Origin: the human T2T-CHM13v2.0 reference genome, Homo sapiens | DNA: 64,000 bases | Assembly: GCF_009914755.1 (NCBI RefSeq) | Contig: NC_060941.1 | Direction: 5' to 3' (one strand) | In this document: piece by piece, positions 1 through 14,656 of the stretch | Layout: every line of letters starts with the position of its first letter | Position numbering within the stretch: position 1 is the first letter of the stretch | Translations under genes and position numbers: made by a program | The notes under the pieces: generated by a model | What the model was told of the DNA's origin: nothing | What the model saw: only the letters and a program-made list of their open reading frames with translations | Databases searched by the model: none

Positions 1-724
1 AAATTAGGAGACGCAGCTCCCACTGATGATGCCTGGGTCATGTCCTTTCAGATCCAAATTGCAAGATCTCCTTTAATGTGGTTAATTGGGAGAAATTGAA
101 TGACCCATTTCTTCTGAAATTTCTGTTAAACTGGAGGTCTTTATTTAGACAAATGTAAACATTAATCCATCTTTATTAAGATAATGTATGATTAAAGCAA
201 CAAGGTACCATCTAGGTTCTGTTTGATACTTTTCTTGTTATTCTGTAGTTATTTGTTCATAAACCATTTTTTCTTCTTATAGGCTTTCAAGGAAGAATTA
301 TCTAATTCCTTTTGGTGTGGCCTCAGATTTCATTAGCAGTAGGTAGAGTTTGTAGTTATTGAAAGTCTTTCTCTTATTTCAGTTTGAAATGTTCCCAGGT
401 TGGCACATAGCTTTGGGAACTGGAAGTGTCTCTTTTCCCTTGCTTAGGTAGCCTCAATAGATTGAAAGAAAATGGACATCTCTTCTTCAGAAAACCTGTT
501 CTAAGAATTATCCATCTTAGGAAATTAGGGTGGTTATTGCTCTTCTTTACTGCCTGCCTGAAAAAAATTTCCCAGCCCTCATTTCTTTCATCCTTTCCTT
601 TGAGGCCATGACTTGTCACCCTCTGCTGTGTTCCTCTGTCCCCTGAGCAGCTGTAAGGGGTGAGAGTCACCTACCCTCACCCCTTACACTCCCACCAACC
701 TGAGGACCACGTGTCTTCATCTAA

Positions 725-1067
<343 letters not shown>

Positions 1068-2636
1068 TGAAGAAACTGAGTCCTGTCTACTCCCACCCAG
1101 CATTTGCCTGGCATATCTTCACAGTTGGTCTCCTTATCAACCAACTGACTCCCATGATTAGGTCAGATTAGATCCCCTGTTCAGGGGATTTATGTGGGGA
1201 ACTACACACTGATTGGGACAGGATTTTGTCAATGTACTCAAATGACAAAGGACTTCAGAGATGTTGGAATATTCTTGGTCTACCCAAAGGTTGCAGACCA
1301 CGGTGGCATTTCCTTCTTATATAGGTCCTGGTGGGCATGGGCTTGAGAAGCTGAAAGAAGACGCATGGAACTCAGAATCTGATCTTTTGATGATGACTTC
1401 ATATATATGGTCTGTTTACCCACGAGGCACACAAACCTTACCTTATGCCTGTGAAATATAAAGGCAGATTTTTGTCCCATGAAGGTTTCTCCATAGACTA
1501 CATTAAGCAGGAGACAGATGGGTTTAGCTTGGCTAATCTTAGTGCAAGCTGGAAAATTTCAGTTTTTCTGAAACAACATATTTCTAAGAAATTGTCTGGT
1601 CTAGAATGTTATTCTAGTGTATGTTAGGGATCTGTATGACTGTAAAGCAAGGCTGAATTACTGCAGGCCTATAAATATGTGTGAAAATTTACCTACTTCT
1701 CCCTACCAACATGGAGGTGGAAAGAAGTAGGTTTAATAAACCCCATTTTTATTACGTGTGTAAATCAGTGGCTGTTTGGCCATTTTTCTCCTATGTAGGA
1801 CTTGAATTTATATGAGAAAACTTGAGTGTATGCCTTTTCCCAAGTCTTGGCTTGCATCTGAATGTAAAAATCAGATGCATGCTCAATGAATGTTAATTCA
1901 GATTATAGATAGCTATAAACTATATAGGCTGCTCTGTGGTCTTTCCTTTCCCTCTGCCTGCATGACTGAAGACCAAACTGTCACTTCCTTATAATCTAGT
2001 TCTTCCCATGATACCTCATCACAAAGGTATATATCAGTTGGTCAATAACAGGACTTGTGCAGTGAATACTTACATGAAGCAGACACTGAAGTGCCCAGCA
2101 AGAACTGCAAAGGCTGGCAGTATTAGGAGATTGCTCACCGTACCCCAAATGAGATGCCAGAGGCATAAAGTCCATTTTGTTTAGGTACCAGATGACTCTG
2201 TGGAATTAACTTGATTTGTCCCCAGTAATCCATATTCTTTAGCATACACTTCCAGGCAACACTTATTGCTTAGCAACACTTACTTAGTAACCTTTCAGAA
2301 TGATCATTAACTAATAGGGAGACAGCCTGTGGTGCCGATCGTAGGCTGTTGAGGCTATCTCTACGGGCATTTTCACCTATCCTGCCTACTTCCGTAACCT
2401 ATGCCCCACAAAACATACACTCTCCAGACATGAAATTTAAAAATAATGAAAGATGATGCAGGAACTTCAGACACTAGATGCAATAGACAGCAAAAGGAAG
2501 CACCTATGTTAGCCTTGGTTCTCAACATACCAAGATGCTCTTATGAACACTTCTAACAAAATGTTCCCAAGGAGAACACAAAGCAGGCACCTAACATCCA
2601 AGAAGCATGTCATCACCTCAGCATGCCTGCCACACG

Positions 2637-2802
2637 TCTAGCGCACTGCAGCCTTCAACTCCTGGTCTCAAGCGATCTTCCCACCTTAGCCTCCCAAGTA
2701 GCTAGGACTACAAGCACGTGCCACCATGCCTCGCTAATTTTTTGAAAAATATTTTTTAGAGATGAGTTCTTGCTACGTTGCCCAGGCTGGTTTTGAACTC
2801 CC
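2637..2802 (-). mobile_element. AluJ internal fragment
   Basis: CACTGCAGCCTTCAACTCCTGG...CTAATTTTTT...TTGCCCAGGCTGG; lacks both ends. Confidence 0.85.
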
Positions 2803-2823
2803 AGTCATATTGTTCCTCATTTG

Positions 2824-3128
2824 CTTTTTTTCCTTCTTCTTTGTTAAGAGACAGGGTCTTGTCCTGTTGCCTAGGCTGGAGTGCAGTGCCACCATCTAGC
2901 TGACTGCAGCCTTGAACTCCTGGGCTCAAGCGATCCTCCCACCTCAGTCTCCCAAGTAGCTAGGACTACGGACACATGCCACCACCAGGCCCAGCTAATT
3001 TTTGAAAAATATGTTTTAGAGATAAGATCTTGCTACATTGCCCAGACTGGTCTTGAAGTCCAAGCCTCAGGTTATCCTCCCTCCTCAGCCTCCCAAAGTG
3101 CTGGAACTACAGGTGTGAGTGCTTGGCC
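2824..3128 (-). mobile_element. AluJ, full length
   Basis: AluJ-type diagnostics (GACAGGGTCTTG, CTCCTGGGCTCAAGCGATCCTCC); TSD TTCCTCATTTG at 2813-2823 and 3129-3139. Confidence 0.92.
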
Positions 3129-3279
3129 TTCCTCATTTGTTTAACAGATATAGTAATGCAGCCACTTGATTAGGAGGCACAGTGACCGCTCTTGAGGGAT
3201 CAACAGTGTAACCAGGGAAACATCTCTTTGGTCAGTCCCGTTTCACTAGCCTGTTCAAGAACTGGTTTACCTCCTACCT

Positions 3280-4350
3280 TTCTGGCTTTTCCTAAGTACC
3301 TTTTACAGAGTCCTCCTCTTCAGCTGTGCCTAAACTGTCAGTGTTCCCCAGGACTTTTTCTTTGGTTTTCTTGTTCTGTGTGCTCTCCTGGGGAGATAAT
3401 CAGATTATAACATCTGCATCTCCAGTTTACATTGCCCTTCTATAGCCTACATTGGTATATGAAGCTGAGATCCACATGCTCTAGGCTTCTTCATCTGGGC
3501 ATCTGAAACTCAATGGATCCACAATGAGACATTTTATTTTCCCTTAAATGTGCTCACTCCACAATATTCCCTATTTCAGTGAATGTCAACACCTCCTTTG
3601 CAGGTGTCCAGGCCAGAAACCTAAAAGTGAATCTTGCTCTCTCCTCCTCTTTCCCCATGTTCAGTTGGCAACAATTCATGTTGCCCCCATCTCATTAATA
3701 ACTCTTGAATCCACCTAGTCCTCTGCTGTTGATGTAGGTGAGCTCTTACCATTCCTGGTTCCCCTGTAAGCCAAGCTCTGCCTGGTTGCCACAACAATCT
3801 TTCTGAAACGAGTCATCTGATCAAGTGAGTCCTTTGCTCTAATTGCATCGATAGTTCCCCGTTCTCTTGAGGATAGAACCTGAACATCTAAGACCCTTCT
3901 GTGTCTGTCTCAATGCTTACCACTCTTCTTACCCGCCGTGAGCTCCAGTTACACCAGCTACTCTCAGTTCCCCGACTGGCCCATGAATTCTCTCATATCT
4001 TCATGCCTTCACATATTTTGTTCCCTCTGCCTTGGTTACCCTTTATCCCATTTACTTTTCTGGCCAATTTCAAGACTTGGCCAGGATGGCAACTCCCTCT
4101 GAGGGACATTTCCTGTTGTCCCTGCACTCCCTCCAAAGATAGGGATTTGTGATCAACCTTTCAACTCCAACCTGTGACTCCCTGGGCAAAGCCCTTTTAT
4201 AGCACATATTATTCTGCAATCTAATAACCTTTTTACTTACCTGTCTGCACCTCCAGACTGCATGCTTTTAAAGTTTGGGTTTTATTTATATATTCTCAGA
4301 GCCTGGCTCATAGTAGGGGCTCAATAAAAGTGTTTAAGCAAATGAATGTC
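3280..4350. mobile_element. L2 LINE relic
   Basis: Degenerate L2 3'-region motifs (GGCATCTGAAACTCAA, CCAGGCCAGAAACCT, CCTGGCTCATAGTAGGGGCTCAATAAA...AATGAATG). Confidence 0.7.
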
Positions 4351-6481
4351 TTAATCAACAAAGACATAGTTTATCATTTTCTGTGTAAGGCAGTGGCATG
4401 GCCTTTGCCTGGAAAGATTTGCAATCTCGTTGATTAAAAATTATAGAGTTACTTAATCTGATAAAAAAATTATCAGTATAGACATTGTGAGAGAAGTTAG
4501 GAGGAATTGTCGCCAACATTGGTATAGTCAGGAGTCGGAGGGCTTGAATTAGACCTTGATATGGATGTTAGGACAAATAGAAGTGGCGAAGACGCAAAGC
4601 AAGATTGTCTAGAAACAAAGCAGACCATTGGCTTAAGCAGAGAGCATGAGATAGGAACAATATGCCTCCCTGTGGAGGTCTCTCCCCAGTAGACAAAGAT
4701 TTCAGACCAGGAGGCAATGGGAAGCCATTGGCTTCCTTTGATCATGGTGGCGATACTCTAGGAAGAGTAATCTGGTGGCTGTGTTGGCAGATGGGATTGC
4801 AGGTGGCAGAGACCAGTTAGGAAGATCTTGCAGTTGTCCAAGTTCCTCATGACTGCACCTGTCTTGTGACAGGGATCTGAAACACAAAGGAAAGCCTCCA
4901 CTGCACTCCAAGAATAATTTATTGCTAGATCTGGAAGGAGCCTTTGCTATCATCCCAAACATCTCATCCTATTATTTAACAGTGGTGGGCAAACTGAGGA
5001 CTAATCTCAAGGTTCCCATAACTGATGGGGTCTTTGGATTCCAATCCTTGTCTCATTTTCCCAACCTGCCTGGGAAGTGGGTGGTTAAAGTTTAAAGCCT
5101 GGAAGAATGGGGGAAATAGTTCACAGGCATGAGGTGACCTGCAGGAGAGGCTGATGGTCTATAGGAGATTGGAGGATGAGTTTGGCTTAAACATGTTGAT
5201 TTAGAAATGACAGAGGGATTGGAGGCAATGACCAGCAGTCCACAGATCAGTTTAGGACTCTGTGAACGTTAGTGGAAGAGATTACAGAGAACACTGGCTA
5301 GGAGCCAAGGCAAGAAGGCTTTGGAAAGGCATGTTTGCCTTTGAGTGCTTAACTTAGAGACTCATGTGGGAAAGAATCTGTGGATCTCTTTGAGAAGCTG
5401 CAGAACAGCAGATACACCTGAATCCTATTCATGTTCATCCAGAAACGCAGACTTTAAAACAACCTTGTTATTCTTCCTTTGTTTTGTTTCGTTTGGTTTT
5501 AGGGGGTTGGAGGGGAGGGAAGGGTGTCACCGGGGGAGCATATGGGTCATTTGTTTGCAGTTCACAGGGGTTCTTAGTGAACATCAGCGAATATTGTCGC
5601 TGATTTCGTCTCCTGCTTCACTCTCTTTTCTAAAAACAAAATATTTAATGTAGCCCAAAGGAGAATAGTCAGTTTAATAACTAGCCATGGCAGCTCTTTG
5701 AAAACTGCAGGTTTCAAATAACTAGGCCTGCACATTTTCACCAACTCAGACAATTAAAAAGACTCCAGGGACCTAGGTGGTGCTGATTCAAGTGGCGCAT
5801 ATTGTCATTTAAAATGGAAAGTCTATTTCTGAAAATAGACTCCAGGTATGGGAGAACTTGTTTCTCTGCTGGAGAAGGTAGCCCATCCTAGGGGGACCGA
5901 GGTAAATTGCTTAGTGGCTCAACATCTACATAGTTAAAATGGGCCCATTTGGCCCTACCTACTTCGCAGAGTTGTTAGGAGGGCAGAATGAGGCTATAGA
6001 TAGGCAGCATGTCATTGGACTAGGTCCGCCAGATGCAGAATGTTGACAAAAGCAGAAGTCCCCTCCCCTCAGACTCCTCTGGGGAAAGCTGGCAGCCTTG
6101 ACCACCATCACCGCTCTGCACACCATAGCAGGGATATGAGAAGGGGCTGAGGTGAGCATTGGACTGGAGGCTCCTCCAGCTGTCTCTTGTTGCCTGTCCT
6201 CTAGTGTGTAGAGTTGCAGTGTGGCTTGAAATGGTCATCACACCCACCATCACCATGGCAGCCCTGGGAGGAGGGACTGGCTGCTACTCTCTCAAGAAGG
6301 GATAACTGTTGCACAAAACACTGCAGACTTTGAGCTGGCCAGCAGTTGACCAGCTGACCTAACCTCCCGTTTTCCAGGTCTTAACCTACCATCCATTCCC
6401 TGCAAGTACAGAGGAAACTAGAAAGCTACCCTTCTCCCACCATAGTTCTGTAACTTTGGGATGGAGTGAGAAGCATGGCAT

Positions 6482-7018
6482 TGTTACCAGGTGATAGGGC
6501 TCATTGTCCAGTGCACTAGAAGCCAGTATTATGGCACTGGGTCTTTAAGAAAAGAAAAGCTTTTATTTCATGTCAGCCAACAAGGAGACAGGATCCAGCT
6601 CAAATCTGTCTCCCTGTGCTTGCTGGCTTTCAGGCAGCATTTGTATTAGAAAAGGTTTAAGGGGTGGATTTTGGGATTAGCAGGTGATTGGTGGCAGGAA
6701 GGGTGAGGTCTGGAAAGTCCTTGGGCATGCACGGTTATCTCTCTCTGCATCCTCATGGATGGTTTGTGCAAATTCAGCGAGGGGGGTGAATGTGAAACGT
6801 GTGGCGGAAGTTCTGGCTGTGACGTCAGTAAGCTCGTTCTGCACAGACTCCAGTTGGCCATATTGGTCCCAAACAATTTTAGCCAGCCTTATCTTTCCAG
6901 TAGAGGGAGTTTTAGTGTTTCCACAAGCTTTTATTTAATTTTTTTTTTCTTATCTGCCATCCTGTAAGCTCAAGAATTTCTGTTAGTCACTGGTTTAAGT
7001 CTTTGGGGCATGGTTTCA
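6482..7018 (-). mobile_element. ERV1-class (MER4-group-like) solo LTR, antisense to HLF
   Basis: TG...CA termini; TTTATT near the left end (AATAAA on - strand); LTR-like AAGGAGACAGG/CTCAAATCTGTCTCCC motifs. Subfamily not determined; TSD imperfect. Confidence 0.65.
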
Positions 7019-7789
7019 ATATGAGTGTGGGAAAGGGGAAGCCATTGCCTCTTGTTTCCCATTCGTGACCATCCCTACCCACTTCAGTGCGCCCAGTGTT
7101 GCCAGACCTGAAATATACCTCATGTGGGTGTTTGTCTCTGGTACCCTGGGTTCATTTCTGGTCACCCTATGATATTTCCTTGCCCTAAGGTACTGGCACA
7201 GCTATCGGGTAGGAGGAGGCCAAGGTAGAAGGCACAGAGCCATTCTTGCCTCACCTTCTGCCACACGGTGACCCCACATGTCTGGGGAGAGGCTCCCGGC
7301 CCAGGGAGGAGGAGGTGGAAGGTGCACTGTCATAACCATCACAGGGGGCAATGGCGAGAAGGCTCATGGGCCACGTGCCTCGGCCATTAGTTGTCATGTC
7401 TGTTGTACCCCAACTTAACTGACTTCTAACAGGCTGTGGTTATGAGTTCCGCTGGTCTCACCTTTCAGTGGGTTCAAGGGGGCAGATTTTGCTGACACCA
7501 TAGGCAAGGAAGCATGATGGTAAACACCACTGGAATGAGAGGCCTTGTTAATCCAGCCCAAGCTCCTGCCAAGTTAGAAGCTGAGGAGTCTAGTCTGGGC
7601 CACTTTGAGTACTGATGCATGATCCCAGGGCGATGTGCTGTTCTGGGCACAGGGTCACACTGGGTGACATCTAACAGGCTTTGCTTGGGCTGTAGCTAGA
7701 GGGAAATGGGAGCTGGGGAGTGTGACAGGAGGGAAGTGTGGACTCTCCACCTACCAAGGGGCCTTCCCACATACTGTCCATCCCATTCA

Positions 7790-7920
7790 GCGCCCTGAGG
7801 TGGGCGTCATTTCTCCCACTTGACAGATAAGGGAATCAGACCATGAGGCAGAGTAACTGGCCCCAGGCCACACACAACTACGTAGTGTCAGAGTCATGAT
7901 GAATCCTGTTTGTCTACACC
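7790..7920. mobile_element. MIR fragment
   Basis: CCCACTTGACAGATAAGGGAATCAGAC...CCCCAGGCCACACAC resembles the MIR core. Confidence 0.6.
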
Positions 7921-9072
7921 TTCTGATGAACTGAGCTACCTCGTGCAGGACAGGCCCAAGGAAAGGGGCTCAGGCCAGAGTGGGAGCATTGAAACAGGGT
8001 TCAAAATGTCTGTCTGCCCAAACCAAACGTTAATTTGCATACTAATAGTTTAAGGGCATAGATATAATACAGACCTCCCCCAAGAAGTGACCTTTGAAGC
8101 CAACTTCTTCTTCATGTGACGGAATACATCAGACACCCTGTCTGCCGGGAATCCTTACCCTTCTCCTAGTGAGCCGTGGTCTCTGGCCTATCCAGAAGCT
8201 CCTTAAAAATACTAGTGCATGAGATGTAGCATTGACAGGAGCCCTGGCCTGTGGGTCAACAGTTGCTTTGTCAAATGCAATCTTGCCCTTGGCACAGCTC
8301 GCCATTCAGGAGGATGGAGGAAGTGGACGAGAGAGAGGGAGGTAAAAGAAGGGAGGGAAAGGAAGCAGGATGCCTGGCTGCCTGGAGCTTCCTTGGGCTC
8401 TTGTCCATGAGAGGAAGCCATACCTACCTCTCTGGGGTTTGCCAACTCTTGTCCAGGAACCTATTGGGCTAGAGTGGAGGGGAACTGCAGAGTCTCCCCT
8501 TCCTTTCTCTTCTGCCCCCATGAGGAGGAAGTGAAGTGGAGCAGAAAGAGCGTGGGCTATGGTTGAGCCCACTGGAGTCTGCACTCCACCCAGCCTCCCC
8601 CTGGCTTTCTAGCTGTATGACTTTAAGCAGGTGGTTTCACCCCCTCTCCCTCTCCACTTTTTCCTCTTTAAAATGTGGGATACAGTGCCCGCCTCGCAGA
8701 GGCTGATGGTTCTGTGGAGTGTTGTGCACAAGGCTCCAGCCCAGGTCCTGATGCAGGACTCTCATTCTGGAAGGCTGGGTGCCTGGCTCTCCTTGGGGCA
8801 CAATTAGGCTTCCTGGCTGCATTCCTGGGGCATTCGCATGAAAAAGAACATGGGCTTTAGAGTGAGAAGGATGGGGAGATGAGTCTCTGTTTTTCCATCT
8901 GCGTGGGCAAATTATTTAGCATATCTGAGCTTGTCTTAAGCTTTCTGTTTTCTATTCCTTTATTTCCACATATGGAAAATGGGTATATGAACTATTCTGC
9001 CTTCATATAGCTATTGTGACAATTAAATGAAGTAATCTCTGAAGAACCTTACTATCAGTATTACTGATATTA

Positions 9073-9223
9073 CCAGAGAGGTGGCTCATGTTTGTAATCC
9101 CAGCATTTTGGGAGGCCAAGGTGGGAGCATTGTTTGAGCCCAGGAGTTCAAGGTTTCAGTGAACTATGATCACGCCACTACACTGCAGCCTGGAGACAGA
9201 GCAAGATCCTGTTTAAAAAAAAA
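9073..9223 (+). mobile_element. Alu monomer (FAM/FRAM-like)
   Basis: Single arm GTGGCTCATG...GAGCAAGATCCTGT + A-tail; degenerate TSD ATT(A/G)CTGATATT. Confidence 0.85.
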
Positions 9224-9531
9224 ATTGCTGATATTGATTATTCAGTAGGCCAGGGAAGCCCGTCTACCAGCCTACAGGACGTCATTGCATTCACCTTCTC
9301 AGTAAATGGCAACAGACTCTTTTCCTAATGTTTACACGTAATGGATTGAACTGGCTTAGCATCATGCTTTACCCATATTTCTGTTGACAGCCTGTTACTG
9401 TGTAGAGAGAATTGCTGGATAAGAGCCACTGAGATCAAAGGGATCTTTACAATGGGCCTTTCAGTATATTTGTTCTGTAATCATGGACTGAAAACTTACT
9501 GAGCACTTGCCATCTGAATGAGGCAAAAAGG

Positions 9532-9533
<2 letters not shown>

Positions 9534-9565
<32 letters not shown>
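9534..9565 (+). repeat. (GT)n microsatellite
   Basis: Direct reading. Confidence 0.97.
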
Positions 9566-9568
<3 letters not shown>

Positions 9569-9714
9569 CATGTGTATGTGTATGCATGATTTGTTTTTGC
9601 CTTAAAATTAGTACATCAACCGTGTAATGTGCAGGACATTTAAAATATGTCAGAGCTATGACAGGTTCCCAGCTACTGGGATCCAGGACACCTTCCAATT
9701 TCATCTTTGGCTAA

Positions 9715-10473
<759 letters not shown>

Positions 10474-10649
10474 TAACACAGACTCCTGGAACATACATGC
10501 ACAAAGTGAAAAAAATAACATTTTTAATTTCTGATTTTGAAAGTGAAGATCCTCATTATAGACAATTTGCAAAATATTGAAAATAAGAATTAAAATTTGC
10601 CCCTGTTCCTCCCAAAAGTCCCTGTTAGGATCTGGGGGGTGTTATGTCC

Positions 10650-11180
10650 AGCTGCTCAGTAGCTCGTGCTGTCCCCTCCATGCAGGTTCCATCTAGAATC
10701 TGGGGCAGCAGCAGGTAAGGCCAGGTCACTGTTCTGTGGGGCTTACATGGGAGTGGAGGGAAGAGATCAGCAATATCAAACAAATAAAAAAGATCGTTTG
10801 GGATGGAGATAAATATTGTAAAAAAAAAAAAAAAACATCAAACAGAGTTGTTTGATGGGTATTGAGCAGGGGTAGAGGAAAGTCAGAGGGTTCGAGGAAT
10901 TGGCATTTATGCTAATGTCTACATAACGTAGGAGGACTAGGTAGGCAGAGAGCAGAGGAAGAATGCTTTAGGTAGAGAGGAAACTAAATACAAAGGCCTG
11001 GGTGGGATCACATTCAGGGGACGCAAGGAGCAGAAGGAAGGCCAGTGTGGCCAAGTGTGTGAGTGAGGTAGAGCCGTGGATCTGATCATATGTGGCAATG
11101 GGAAGCCTTGGGAGGGTTTGATATGGAGATGTGACCCACACGGGTCTGCATGTTTAGAATTATCACAGTGTACCGCTGTG
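10650..11180. mobile_element. L2 relic
   Basis: GCAGAGGAAGAATGCTTTAGGTAGAGAGG...CAAAGGCCTGG...GAAGGCCAGTGTGGC typical of L2. Confidence 0.65.
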
Positions 11181-11719
11181 GAGACGTGGGAGATAGAAAA
11201 GGGATAATGGTTAAAAGTTGCAGTAGTTCAGAGGACAGACAGTGCTGGCTTAGACAAGGGGAATAGTCTGTTTATTTGATTTACTTTCAAGTATCTCTGA
11301 ACTATTATCTGTATTTTGTATATGTGTTTATATAGAGACCATTTATTGCACACTTTCCGGGTACTACAGATTGTGCTAAGCACTTTGTATGTATTATCTA
11401 GTTCATTTTTCACATAGAATCAGGCATAGTAATCTCCTTTTACACATAAGGGAATTGAAACTCAGGTAGGTTAAGAAAAGAAGGGGGAAAAAGTCAACGA
11501 TAGTCCCTTTCCCCAATACAGACCTTATTAGGATTTAGAGGGGCATTTTTTGGGGGTCATTTATTTACAAAGGCCCAAGTTTATAACATACAGGTGACAG
11601 AATCAGCATTCAGACCCAGGTCTGACTCACTTCACAGCGTAAAACGACTGTCCTGTACAAATTTAAATCCTGCTATAATGTTATTGTGGGTGTAAACACT
11701 CTCCCCCTATGCAATAACT

Positions 11720-12160
11720 CAGCTTATAGGTCAGTCTCCATTGCAATGAGAATGTTTACCAGACAATCACAGAAACTCACCGTACACAAATAAAGGCTTA
11801 TTGTTCACTCATCTGTAATTGCTATGGGTTGCTCAGGTGGCTCTGCTGATCTTGGCCGGACTCACATATCTAGAGTTCAGGTGATTTAAGCTGACCTAGG
11901 CTGGCCTCTTCTTTCATTTTCCAGCAGGCTAGACTGGGCATGTTTATGGTAATGACAGAAGTGCTACAGAAAAGGGGCAGAAACATGCAAAGCCTCTTTA
12001 GGCCCAGCCTCAGAACTAACACTATCATTTCTGCCACATTCTGTTGGCCAGTGCAAGTCAGAGACCAGCCCAGATGCAAGAGGTAGGGAAATAGGCTCTG
12101 CCTGGAAGTGCAGGTCCCATGGAATAGGACATGAATGGGTTAGGAATGAGCCTTTGGCCA
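11720..12160 (-). mobile_element. MLT1-type MaLR LTR relic
   Basis: GCTGATCTTGGCCGGACTCAC, TCATTTCTGCCACATTCTGTTGGCCAGTGCAAGTCA motifs of old MLT1 LTRs. Confidence 0.7.
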
Positions 12161-14246
12161 TCAGGACGTTAGTGTTAAGCTTTTGCAGAAAGGACTTGTT
12201 GGACAAATAACAGATTCCTGCTGCGGGAATGGAGACCAGCTAATATGGCCTGAGTCCCGAAAGCCCATATCCTTAGGCTGTATTTGTGAGGTTTTAATTT
12301 AATCTTTGTATATATCGTGAGCACTCTTCGTTGACCTTATAGTGTTGCTATCATCTCCTAAGTTGATTGGCTCCCTGAATGTAAAAGGATTTTCAGAGGC
12401 AGGCATGGTTTGTAGCAAAGTCAGCTGTAATCCCTGATGATGGTATCATCATCAAGGGATGCCAAGAGGGTAAAAGCACTATTTCAGATTATGGCTACGT
12501 GGGATCCAGGAAGTCATGACAAGTGAACAGACCCTAAACTGGTGATGAGGAGGAGGGCAGAGGTGAGCAGGAGGGAAAGATTCGGCACCAAACTTTGAAT
12601 CACTAGGAGTTTCACTCATCAGCTCTAAAGGAAACCCTTTGGCCAAAATAAAAATTGTCTTCTCTTTCCTCAGCCTTAATTGATAGAGGATAATGTTATC
12701 AGCTGGCTAATGCTCATCAGTGATCAACATTAGACTACTGTGTTTTGACGTTACTGCTGCAAATCTCCTGCTTTATTAACTGCCTGAATGAGGAGCACAT
12801 CAGAAAGATTGGAGGTGTTGCAATTAGCCTTTAGGATGAAATAATAAGTAACACTATAATTTGTGACTTTGATGCAGACATCAATTTAAAACATAAACCA
12901 CTGACTAGAGAAGAGATAAAGACAGAGTGCTGCTGTTCCCCTTCATTGATGGCTGCTTGCTAATGAGCTAATTGAACACAAGCTGCTAAATTCTTGCTAA
13001 AATACGAAAGAATATGAAATATCCTGTTTCCAGTTATACTATTTGGAGGTTTAGCCTTGCCTAATCTGTGACAAAAGTAGAGGCCAACTTTGGGTTTGAA
13101 GGTAACTTCTATTCTTTTTCCAGATTTCTTTAAGCCCTTTGTTCCACCCTTTCCTCCAGAAACCCTCCTTGGTTCTTCTGGAAGTGACTTTCAGCAAGAA
13201 GCTTTTAGAAAGAAAAACAAAAAAAACGAAAAACAATGTTCCAGTAACTGCAGAGGCTACATGATGGGGTTGATCTTGTCCACTATGGATCTTTTAAATA
13301 AAGCTTTGGAAATACCAAGCTCAGACTTAACAAATACAGGAGAAAAAATGGCATGATTATCTCAATAAATAAATATCAAAAGGCATTTAAGAGAACTTAA
13401 TACATTATTTCTGGTTTTAAAAATTATTAGTAAAACAAGGTTGGAAGAATTGGAACTGCCTTACTTTGTCAAGTTGTATCTACTAAGATACTAGAACAAG
13501 CCTTTATATTGAAGGATCTGAAGAATTAAAAGCATATTCCTTTAAAGTCTGGGACAAGCAGTGATCATTAGTCTCAGTCTCTCTTTCTTCTCATTGTCTT
13601 GCAGAAACCGGCTAATGCAGTGAGACTGAAAATTATTAAAAAGAAAGTAGGAATTATAAACATAGAAAGGATGCCACCTCTGTCTATAGAGGCAGAAGAT
13701 GAGATTGTTCACCTAAAAACTAAGAGATGTTAGAACTGTTAGAACTATTAGAACTAATAAGAAAGTAAAGTGGCTGGATATAAACCAGTAACTTTTAAAA
13801 CCAGTAGCTTCCTATATAGCAGCAGTAACCGCTTAGGAAATATAATAGGGTAATATACCCTAGTAACAACTCTTATAATACATTTAAGGAATAAACTGAA
13901 ATGTGAAAGGCTAAAATAAAGAAAACTATAAAACTAAACTGATACATGTTTTTAAAAAAGCCCACAAAAAATAAAAATGGAGAGCATACTGTGGGTGTAT
14001 TCAATATTTTAAAGATAGTTGTCCTCAAATTTACCTGTGAAATTGTAATTCAAAAATGCCAAATATTATTATATTTAAAACGGTAACTTTAAATATAACT
14101 TAACTAATGTATTCTGAAGTTTACCTAGAAGAGTATATGTATAAAAGTACCTTAGAAAATTTTCTAAAAAGAACAAATAACCAATAAACATGCAAGATGT
14201 TCAGTGTCACCAGTAACAAGGGAAATGGAAATTATAACAATAGTAA

Positions 14247-14560
<314 letters not shown>

Positions 14561-14656
14561 TCATATTGTGTGACACGTGCACTCTTACAAATGGTGGTGC
14601 AAGTGTAAATAGCTATGACATTTTTTGGAGCACAGTTTGGCAGTAGGTTTTTAAAA

